From contig CASFOZ010000002.1 in the NCBI GenBank assembly GCA_949296455.1, positions 7,574-71,573 of the forward strand: a stretch of 64,000 nt of DNA, read 5' to 3'. The notes under the pieces were generated by a model that was given only the letters and a program-made list of their open reading frames with translations, was not told where the DNA came from and did no database searches. Every line of letters starts with the position of its first letter. Position 1 is the stretch's first letter. The translations under genes were made by a program, and so were the position numbers. Positions 57,272-64,000 of the stretch are shown one piece after another. Origin of the DNA: an uncultured Eubacteriales bacterium. GTDB taxonomy: Bacteria; Bacillota; Clostridia; Christensenellales; CALVMC01.

Positions 57272-59206
57272 TCAAAGAATATCGAGTTTAACAAAGAGTT
57301 TTTCAAACTCTAAAACCGTTTCGTTGTCAAAATCTTTTAGACTTTTAGCGTTTTCCAATTTTTCCGGACTTACCTTTCTGAGCCTGCCGTTGGAGGAAGA
57401 AAAATATTTTTCTCTGTCACGTTCCGAAAACAATCCTTCCATGCATCTCGGTTTTTTGTTTTCGCCAACATAGATTATGTTTTTATCGTTGCGGTGTGCG
57501 CTTATAAAGTCTACTACCCTGTTTCTGTTAAGGCGTTCTTCTTCGCTTAATCCGTCTGCGTTTTTCTTCCATTCGAGAGTATCGGCATCGAGCAATATTT
57601 TATAGTTTATATAATTTTCGTCGAAAAATCTTTTCAGATACGGCATTTGATGGGCCCCGCTTGTATGGAAAACATAATAATTGCTTTCGTCGACTTGAAA
57701 GAGTTTCATAAAGGTATGCAGACAGCTGACGTCTTTATATCCTTCGACGAGGATAATCTGTCTTGTAAGGTTCAATAAAAGGTCGTTATAAGGAATGAGT
57801 CCCATATCGGCTTTAATCTGCGCTGTATTGTCAAGGTCCTGTTTTTTAACAACGGTACCTTCTTCGGTCATTGAAACATGTATGAAATTTGATTCGTCGC
57901 TTATCATATAAGGACTGTGAGTGCTTATAATTACGGTAATACCCTTTCTTGCGAGTTCTTCGAGACTTTCGAGAATTTCACTCTGCGCCTGAGGGTGCAA
58001 AAAAGAAGCCGGTTCGTCAATGAGAAAAATATCGCCTTTTTTAAGACAGTTTTTAATAAAAATATATGTAAAATACCATCTTCTTCCAAGGCTTGTGGAA
58101 TTAAAGTTTACACGGCTGCCGTTATTTTCGAGTATATAAAGTTGAAATGCGCCGTTTTCAAGTTGCACCTCGATACCTTTAAACATTTTATTGTCAAAAC
58201 GAGGCATAGAAGAGTTAATGAATTTTTGAAATTCTTTTTTTAGGAATTCATTGTCTTTAATATTTTTTATTTCAGCCTTTTCTTTAATTATTTTGTTTGC
58301 AATAAGATAATTGATAAAGGCTGTTTCTATGGAATAACCGTAATTGCTGTCGTAGTAAGAATGGTTTGCAAGATGTGACCCGAAAATGAGCCCGCTTTCA
58401 TTGTCAAGATAATAACAGTTTTTATTAATGCTTTTTATTATTTTAAAAACAAGGGATTTATTGTTTTCTATGTCGGAAATATTGTTAAGCATAGTAAAAG
58501 CGTCGGAAAGTTTTAAATATTCTTCGCCAATATAACCGTAAAGTTCGTCAAGTTTTTTCTGATAATCGGTTCTTTGATGTTCGTTTATCTGAGAACTTGT
58601 GGACTTTTCCAAACGCAACTTGATATCGGAAGGTGAAAATGATATTTCCGTTTTATTCCGAACGCTGCTTTTAATTGTATCGTTATGAAGGGAGGCTTTA
58701 ATAAAAGACAAAATATCGTCTTTAAACTTTGTAACATTATCAGAAAAAGAGTTGCATTTTTTAACGCCTTCTTTAAAACCGCATTCTTTAAATATTTCCG
58801 AACATTGCATAACCGTCCCCGTAATATTTTCACAGAAAACCTTTATTCTGTTTTTTATTCTGTTTAACGAAACGGAAATAAGAGAAGATATGATTTTTTT
58901 ATCATCGAAATTCAATGAACTGAAATAAATTTCTATTATTTTTGATTGATTGTTGAAATCGTTTTCTAATCCGTAATCTTTTGCGTCGTTATAATCTATT
59001 TCAATTTTGGCTCTGTATTCAGGTTCGAGAAAGCCTTTTATTACCGCAGCCGAAGGAAGATTGAAAAATAAATTCAAAGCTTCGAGAATATTGGTCTTAC
59101 CGCTTCCGTTTCTGCCGAGAAGAGTGGTTATCCCCTTAGATAACTCTATATTCTGACCGCTGCAAAGAGATTTGTATTTATTAATGCGAATTTCTTTTAA
59201 TATCAT
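57272..59206 (-). CDS. ABC-type ATPase fused to a TOPRIM-like nuclease domain (OLD family / PARIS AriA-AriB-like)
   Basis: Walker A GRNGSGKTN, a long helical insert, signature-like STSLGRRW, Walker B IFLIDEPASFLH and H-loop STHSP. The C-terminal region has IILVEGYKD ... ILLDADT ... MEGLF (TOPRIM Glu plus a DxD-like motif). Confidence 0.7.
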   Translation of the reverse strand: MILKEIRINKYKSLCSGQNIELSKGITTLLGRNGSGKTNILEALNLFFNLPSAAVIKGFLEPEYRAKIEIDYNDAKDYGLENDFNNQSKIIEIYFSSLNFDDKKIISSLISVSLNRIKNRIKVFCENITGTVMQCSEIFKECGFKEGVKKCNSFSDNVTKFKDDILSFIKASLHNDTIKSSVRNKTEISFSPSDIKLRLEKSTSSQINEHQRTDYQKKLDELYGYIGEEYLKLSDAFTMLNNISDIENNKSLVFKIIKSINKNCYYLDNESGLIFGSHLANHSYYDSNYGYSIETAFINYLIANKIIKEKAEIKNIKDNEFLKKEFQKFINSSMPRFDNKMFKGIEVQLENGAFQLYILENNGSRVNFNSTSLGRRWYFTYIFIKNCLKKGDIFLIDEPASFLHPQAQSEILESLEELARKGITVIISTHSPYMISDESNFIHVSMTEEGTVVKKQDLDNTAQIKADMGLIPYNDLLLNLTRQIILVEGYKDVSCLHTFMKLFQVDESNYYVFHTSGAHQMPYLKRFFDENYINYKILLDADTLEWKKNADGLSEEERLNRNRVVDFISAHRNDKNIIYVGENKKPRCMEGLFSERDREKYFSSSNGRLRKVSPEKLENAKSLKDFDNETVLEFEKLFVKLDIL

Positions 59207-59224
59207 AATTTGCCCTTATAAAAT

Positions 59225-59253
59225 ATTATATAAATATTTAAAATATTTGTCAA
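59225..59253 (-). promoter_or_regulatory. consensus sigma-A promoter of the ATPase-TOPRIM gene
   Basis: The minus strand reads TTGACA, an exact 17-nt spacer, then TATAAT. The -10 ends 18 nt before the ATG. The promoter is embedded in the imperfect inverted repeat 59213-59259. Confidence 0.6.
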
Positions 59254-59280
59254 TAAGGGTAAAAAGCAATTAATACATAA

Positions 59281-59313
59281 TAAACAAAAGGACGGATTAC
59301 CGTCCTTTTGTTT
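59281..59313 (-). terminator. rho-independent terminator after the P-type ATPase gene
   Basis: aaaggacgg-atta-ccgtccttt with T-rich tails on both strands. Confidence 0.7.
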
Positions 59314-59322
59314 AGGGATTGA

Positions 59323-61983
59323 CTAAATACTTTTTTTAACTTTTGATTTGTCAATAAATCTTTGTATGAGTTTTACTAATTCCGAAACGATAATAACGCT
59401 GAAAGAAATACCTATAATTTTAAGCCATGTAATTGCAGAAAGCGGTTCTGTCATAAAAGCTGCCTTTCCGAACTGAGTAATAATTATTTGTAAAGCAAAA
59501 GCAATTAAAAACACTAAAATCATAAGCCTGTTTGATTTGAAATTCTTAATAAGACTTTCATTTCCGAGTTCCCTGCTGTTGAAAGCATTGAAGAGTTGAA
59601 AAATAACGAACATGGTAAAAAGAACGGTAGACTCTTCCCCTTCCGAAACGGCAAGGAAATTAAAAGCCGACTGAAACATAAAAATGATGCTAATGAAAAT
59701 ACCATTCACCAAAATATTTGTAAGCATTTTTTTATTTACTATGCTGCTGTTTCTCGGGTTCGGTTTTCTGTCGAGAAGATTTTCTCTTATAGGTTCGAGT
59801 CCCAAAGTAAGAGCGGGCGGACCGTCCATAACGATATTTATCCAAAGAAGTTGAAGAGCGGTAAAAGGCGACTGAAATCCGATAAGAACCGATAAAAGCA
59901 CTACTATAACCGAAGAGAGATTGACGGTCAGCTGAAACTGTATAAATCTTTGGAAATTTTCATATATACCCCTTCCCCAGTGGATAGCTTTTACGATAGT
60001 GGAAAAAGAATCGTCGAGAAGGACAATATCGCTTGCTTCTTTGGAAACTTCGGTTCCGGTAATACCCATAGCGATACCTATATCGGCGTTTTTCAGTGCG
60101 GGAGCGTCGTTTATACCGTCCCCCGTTACGGCGACGACATTACCTAAGCTTTTTAAAGCGTTTACTACCCTCATTTTTATAATAGGAGTACTTCTTGCTA
60201 TAACTCTGATTTTGGGGACTAATTTTTTGAGTTCCGTATCGGAAAGTGGTTCCAATTCTCTTGCTTCTATCGCAATACCGTCTTTGCCGATAATATCGAG
60301 TTCCTTTGCTATAGCGGTTGCTGTGACGATATTGTCACCCGTCAGCATTTTAATTTCGATTCCCGCTCTTTTACAATCTTTAACCGCCTTATAAACTTCC
60401 TTTCTTATCGGGTCGGCAATTGCGACAAAACCGTCGAAAATCATATCGCATTCGATTTCAGCACGGTGTTTTTCATAATTGACTTCTTTATCGAGCGTTT
60501 TATGGCAAAAGGCAAGAATTCTGTAAGCCTTTTTTTCGAACTCTTCCATTTTAGAAGAAAGCTGTTCTTTCGCAAAAGAATTCATGGAACACATATCCAT
60601 AATTTTTTCGGGACTGCCTTTGGAAAAAGCGGTAATCGCCCCGTCTTTTATTACGGTAGTCATATTTTTGTTTTCCGAACTGAAAGGAAAGCTGTAAACG
60701 ATTTTATATTTTTTTCGCCATTCGTTATAGTCGTTACCGCATTTATCGAGAGCGACAAGAAGAGCGCATTCCGTAGGATTTCCGACAAATCTGTTTCCCT
60801 TTTCGTCAAAATTGACGTTTGCGGTAGAGTTAAGCGCAAAATTTTTAATAAGATTAATATCGTCAAGATTTTTGACTTCCACGTTTTTCCCTTTTTGGAA
60901 AACGCTCATAACCGTCATTTTATTTTCGGTAAGAGTACCGGTTTTATCGGAGCAAATAACATTTACAGAGCCTGCCGTTTCGCAAGCGACCATTTTTTTA
61001 ACGAGAGCGTTCTGCTTCGACATTTTAATAATGTTTATTGCAAGCGACACGGCAACGATAGTGGGAAGACCTTCGGGAACGGAAGCAACGATAAGAACGA
61101 TACTTGTAATAAAGGCTTCTGTTACGGTTTCGAAATTTGCGGTACCCGCAGAAAGGAACATTGTAAGCTGGATAAGAAAAACTATAAGAGCGACGACCGA
61201 ACCTGCAATCGCAATTATTTTTCCGAGTTTGGCAAGTTTTTCCTGTAACGGAGTCTGGGACTTTTCGGTATCGGAAAGTTCTTTTGCTATTTTTCCGAAC
61301 TCGGTATTATCGCCTATACCCGTGACCAGAACCTTGCCGCTGCCGCCGGTGACAAAGCAACCGCTGTAAACCATATTGACTCTTTCGGCGACCGGTGTAT
61401 TTGCGTTGATAATTGTCGTTTCGGAATTTTTCTTGACGGGAAGGCTTTCGCCTGTCAGCGAAGATTCGTCAATTCTCAAATCCACGCTTTCAATAAGACG
61501 GCCGTCTGCGGGAGTTTTGTCTCCCGTAGACAATATGAGTATATCCCCTACGGCTACATCTTTTTGGGAAATATAATCTACTTTACCGTTTCTTAAAACC
61601 TTTACCTGAGTATCTTCGGTGAATTTACTCAAAGCCTCGAAAGCTTTTGCGCTTCGCCCTTCCATAACTACCGTAATAACGACGGAAAGCAAGATAGCAA
61701 CAAATATTCCTATAGTTTCTATAAAGTCCGCCTTTCCGGTTTTGATATATTCGAAGACGCAAACTCCCACAGCAATCAGCCCTGCCGCAAGCAGCATTAT
61801 AATCATAGGTTCTTTAAAAGCAAGGAAAAATCTTTTAATCAAACCGTCCGCTTTCTTTTTTGAAAAAACATTCTTTCCGTATTTTTCCACGCTTTTTACA
61901 ACATCGGAATCGGTAAGACCGACTTTTTCGTCGACGCCTGCCTCGCTGAGAACCTGATTTTTAGTTTTAAGAAAATCCTGCAT
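59323..61983 (-). CDS. P-type ATPase, PMCA/SERCA-like (annotated type Ca2+; possibly a Mn2+ exporter given the leader)
   Basis: TGES, CSDKTGTLT, the KGSPE-like nucleotide site and GDGINDAPALK, with 10 TM segments. The ATG at 61983 follows a GAGGTG RBS, and the ORF-track GTG lies 6 nt upstream. Confidence 0.9.
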   Translation of the reverse strand: MQDFLKTKNQVLSEAGVDEKVGLTDSDVVKSVEKYGKNVFSKKKADGLIKRFFLAFKEPMIIMLLAAGLIAVGVCVFEYIKTGKADFIETIGIFVAILLSVVITVVMEGRSAKAFEALSKFTEDTQVKVLRNGKVDYISQKDVAVGDILILSTGDKTPADGRLIESVDLRIDESSLTGESLPVKKNSETTIINANTPVAERVNMVYSGCFVTGGSGKVLVTGIGDNTEFGKIAKELSDTEKSQTPLQEKLAKLGKIIAIAGSVVALIVFLIQLTMFLSAGTANFETVTEAFITSIVLIVASVPEGLPTIVAVSLAINIIKMSKQNALVKKMVACETAGSVNVICSDKTGTLTENKMTVMSVFQKGKNVEVKNLDDINLIKNFALNSTANVNFDEKGNRFVGNPTECALLVALDKCGNDYNEWRKKYKIVYSFPFSSENKNMTTVIKDGAITAFSKGSPEKIMDMCSMNSFAKEQLSSKMEEFEKKAYRILAFCHKTLDKEVNYEKHRAEIECDMIFDGFVAIADPIRKEVYKAVKDCKRAGIEIKMLTGDNIVTATAIAKELDIIGKDGIAIEARELEPLSDTELKKLVPKIRVIARSTPIIKMRVVNALKSLGNVVAVTGDGINDAPALKNADIGIAMGITGTEVSKEASDIVLLDDSFSTIVKAIHWGRGIYENFQRFIQFQLTVNLSSVIVVLLSVLIGFQSPFTALQLLWINIVMDGPPALTLGLEPIRENLLDRKPNPRNSSIVNKKMLTNILVNGIFISIIFMFQSAFNFLAVSEGEESTVLFTMFVIFQLFNAFNSRELGNESLIKNFKSNRLMILVFLIAFALQIIITQFGKAAFMTEPLSAITWLKIIGISFSVIIVSELVKLIQRFIDKSKVKKSI

Positions 61984-62052
61984 AAACACCTCATCATCTA
62001 TATATTATTATTAATATCTAACCTTGTTATTACATTTGACAGAACATTTAGC

Positions 62053-62220
62053 AATAAAACAAAAGAATCCGCTATACACGGATTCTTTTTTTATCATATT
62101 AAAACCCATAATATAGCATAAAGCACATTATGAGTCTCGTTATTTAAGGCAAACCAGGTTAAAAACCGAGATTGTTGACTTGCCTCACACAGAGTGTGAA
62201 AACTACTCCCTCAATAAGTT
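62053..62220 (-). promoter_or_regulatory. candidate yybP-ykoY (Mn2+) riboswitch with intrinsic terminator
   Basis: The minus-strand RNA reads uuGAG-GGAGUAG-uuuucacacucugugugaggcaagucaacaaucucgguuuuuaaccugguuugccuuaaauaACGAGA-CUCaua. It has the conserved GGAGUAG and A.C.AGAC elements flanking a closing helix, a GGCAA/UUGCC helix and a cacac/gugug hairpin. A terminator follows (aagaauccg-uguauag-cggauucuu then UUUGUUUU). Confidence 0.55.
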
Positions 62221-62221
62221 T

Positions 62222-62250
62222 AATTTAACATTTTTTAAAATAAATGTAAA
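62222..62250 (-). promoter_or_regulatory. candidate promoter of the riboswitch-ATPase transcript
   Basis: The minus strand reads TTTACA, a 17-nt spacer ending in TGT (extended -10), then TAAATT. It lies just after the aminotransferase stop. Confidence 0.4.
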
Positions 62251-62260
62251 GCAAAATTAA

Positions 62261-63544
62261 TCAGTTTTCCATTAATTTTTCGAGAACCGCAATTCTTATA
62301 CAGCAAACGAGAATTTCTGCGGATACCGAAATTTCTTCCAAAGAACAGCATGAAGGAGCTATTCTTATATTGCTGTCGGAATCGTCGATTCCCATCGGAT
62401 AGGTAGCGCCTGCGGGAGTCAGAGAAAGACCGCATTCTTTACATAAATCTATAACTTTGGCGGCACAGCCTTCGAGAACATAAACGCTTATGAAATATCC
62501 GCCTTTGGGTCTGGTCCATCTTACGACATCGCTGTCTGTCTGGAAAGCGTTTTTAAAAATAGTAAGGAATGCGTCGAACTTAGGCTTTAAAATAGCGGCG
62601 TGCTTTTTCATATGTTCGAGAATGCCTTCGGCTGTTTTAAAGAACTCGTAATGCATCCACTGATTCATTTTATTCGGGTTAATGGTCTGAGCACCCATTC
62701 TTTTAACGGCTTCTGCGATATTGTTTTCGCTTGACGCAAAAAATGCAACGCCGCCGCTTGCAAAAGTGATTTTAGAAGTTGAGGCAAAAATATAAACTCT
62801 GTTGGGATTGCCCGCTTCATTGCAAAGGTCGAGAATATTAAGAAGTTTATCGTCGTCGCCGTTTAAAGCATGAACAAAGTAAGCCTGGTCCCAAAAAATT
62901 CTGAAATCCGCAGCGGCCGTTTTCATTTTTGCAAGTCTTTTAACCGTTTCGTCGCTGTAAGTAATTCCGTCGGGATTGGAATATTTGGGAACACACCAGA
63001 TACCTTTTATTTTATCGTCTTTCGATACAAGTTCTTCGACAAGGTCCATATCTATACCGTTATCGGTCATAGGAACCGCAATCATTTCGATACCGAAAGT
63101 TTCGCATATTCTGAAATGCCTGTCGTAACCCGGAGAAGGACAAATGAACTTAATACCCTGCCCGTTCCAAGGTTTAGAGCCTAACACACCGAACTGCATA
63201 GCCCTTTGAACTGCGTCATACATCATACAAAGGCTGCTTGAATTTGCCGAAATAATTTCCTCTTCGTCTACGCCGAGAAGTTTTGCAAATATTCTGTTAA
63301 GTTCGGGAACGCCTTTGATAAAACCGTAATTACGGTAATCGTTTTTATCGTCGCCGAAAAGAGTTTTGGAATTCACGATATCGAACATTCCCATAGAAAG
63401 GTCCAACTGTTCTTTACAAGGTTTTCCTCTCGTGAGGTCGAGTTTGAATCCTTTTTCCTTGAATTCGTTGAATTTTTTCATTTCGCCGGCAAGCAAAGCC
63501 GACAGTTCGTTGTTTTGAAGTTGCTTGTATTGCATACTTATCAT
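62261..63544 (-). CDS. PLP-dependent aminotransferase, class I/II fold
   Basis: 427 aa with LTRGKP near the N-terminus, P.YSNP.G and a STSK-type PLP lysine (FASTSKITFASGG). Confidence 0.8.
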   Translation of the reverse strand: MISMQYKQLQNNELSALLAGEMKKFNEFKEKGFKLDLTRGKPCKEQLDLSMGMFDIVNSKTLFGDDKNDYRNYGFIKGVPELNRIFAKLLGVDEEEIISANSSSLCMMYDAVQRAMQFGVLGSKPWNGQGIKFICPSPGYDRHFRICETFGIEMIAVPMTDNGIDMDLVEELVSKDDKIKGIWCVPKYSNPDGITYSDETVKRLAKMKTAAADFRIFWDQAYFVHALNGDDDKLLNILDLCNEAGNPNRVYIFASTSKITFASGGVAFFASSENNIAEAVKRMGAQTINPNKMNQWMHYEFFKTAEGILEHMKKHAAILKPKFDAFLTIFKNAFQTDSDVVRWTRPKGGYFISVYVLEGCAAKVIDLCKECGLSLTPAGATYPMGIDDSDSNIRIAPSCCSLEEISVSAEILVCCIRIAVLEKLMEN

Positions 63545-63624
63545 TCCTTTATAAAATTTGAGGCAAAACGAAGCCTTTACTGATATTGTTCATAATATCA
63601 CAATAAGACACGGCACGCAAGTAT

Positions 63625-64000
63625 TTAATCGGACTCTTTATCGTTTTTATTTCTGAATATAATCTTGACAGGAGTTCCGGAAAAATCGAAAGCCGTTCTC
63701 AGAGAATTTTCTATATATCTTTCGTAAGAAAAATGCACGGCTTCCTTGTCGTTTACGAAAATAACGATAGTAGGCGGACATATTCCCGTTTGAGAAGCGT
63801 AGAAAATTTTAAGTCTTTTTCCGCTCTTTATCGGCGGCGGAGAAGCCGAAACGGCTTCCTGTAAAACTTCGTTCAAAAGCCCCGTAGTAATTCGTCTCGA
63901 AGCGTTATCGTAAACTTTAATAACCTTATCGGTTATTTTATCGGTACGCTGACCGCTTAATGCTGAAACGAAAAGTGTTTCGAAATAACTCATGAATTTA
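63625..64000 (-). CDS. der: ribosome-biogenesis GTPase Der (EngA), C-terminal KH-like domain; the gene continues right of the window
   Basis: ...SALSGQRTDKI......Y.....RI.T..LN..L......PPP...GKRLKI.Y..Q....PPT.V.FVN......F.Y.RY.EN.LR..F.F.G.P. The frame is open to the window edge. Confidence 0.85.
   Translation of the reverse strand, partial: KFMSYFETLFVSALSGQRTDKITDKVIKVYDNASRRITTGLLNEVLQEAVSASPPPIKSGKRLKIFYASQTGICPPTIVIFVNDKEAVHFSYERYIENSLRTAFDFSGTPVKIIFRNKNDKESD

Noticed and set aside
55411-59206. Metallophosphoesterase as the effector partner of the ATPase-TOPRIM protein (a two-gene defence system)
   Set aside because: The phosphoesterase has an N-terminal membrane anchor and is translationally coupled to the extracytoplasmic ApbE/NusG_II/Gx genes, so it more likely belongs to that operon. 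The association with the ATPase-TOPRIM gene may be positional only. It remains open to testing by co-occurrence analysis.
1-64000. CRISPR arrays, IS elements, rRNA genes and large direct or inverted repeats
   Set aside because: Visual scanning showed no regularly spaced repeats, transposase-like ORFs or rRNA-like sequence. The only repeated structures are terminator hairpins. A computational repeat search was not possible.

Overview
This is a chromosomal window from a low-GC, endospore-forming Firmicute. It looks Clostridia-like: spoVG, yqfC and yqfD, a type III glutamine synthetase, pyruvate phosphate dikinase and a Re-citrate-synthase-like enzyme are all present. I count about 57 protein genes, most on the minus strand, plus one tRNA-Ser(CGA). 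I saw no rRNA, CRISPR array, transposase or integrase. Most of the window is conserved housekeeping synteny: dnaX-ybaB-recR, birA-recX-dGTPase, asnA-glnN, ppdK, yqfC-yqfD-pgpH-ybeY-era-yqzL-recO, rpmE-DUF1385/prmC-prfA, murC, spoVG, ung, galU, dinB and der.

The parts that look accessory or unusual are:
1. A stand-alone ABC-ATPase::TOPRIM fusion (OLD / PARIS-like) at 57272-59206. It sits behind a perfect consensus promoter embedded in an inverted repeat, and directly upstream of a tightly coupled operon for a membrane-anchored metallophosphoesterase, ApbE, NusG_II and a Gx transporter.
2. An integrase-less Cro-like / XRE / ImmA(IrrE) module immediately downstream of tRNA-Ser.
3. A candidate yybP-ykoY (Mn2+) riboswitch with a terminator in front of a PMCA-type P-type ATPase.
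4. A DUF1385::PrmC gene fusion.
5. An OTCase-like transcarbamylase without the DxxxSMG ornithine loop.
6. A degenerate MDR dehydrogenase.
7. An orphan COG3910-type ATPase cassette insulated by terminators.
8. A 932-aa NHL/SH3b surface protein.
9. Two small ORFs missing from the ORF track: yqzL and a 51-aa acidic Cys-containing peptide.

All calls rest on reading the translations and motifs by eye. No database search and no numeric composition analysis was possible. I see no gene set here that I can confidently call a wholly new system. The ATPase-TOPRIM locus and its operon context are the best lead.
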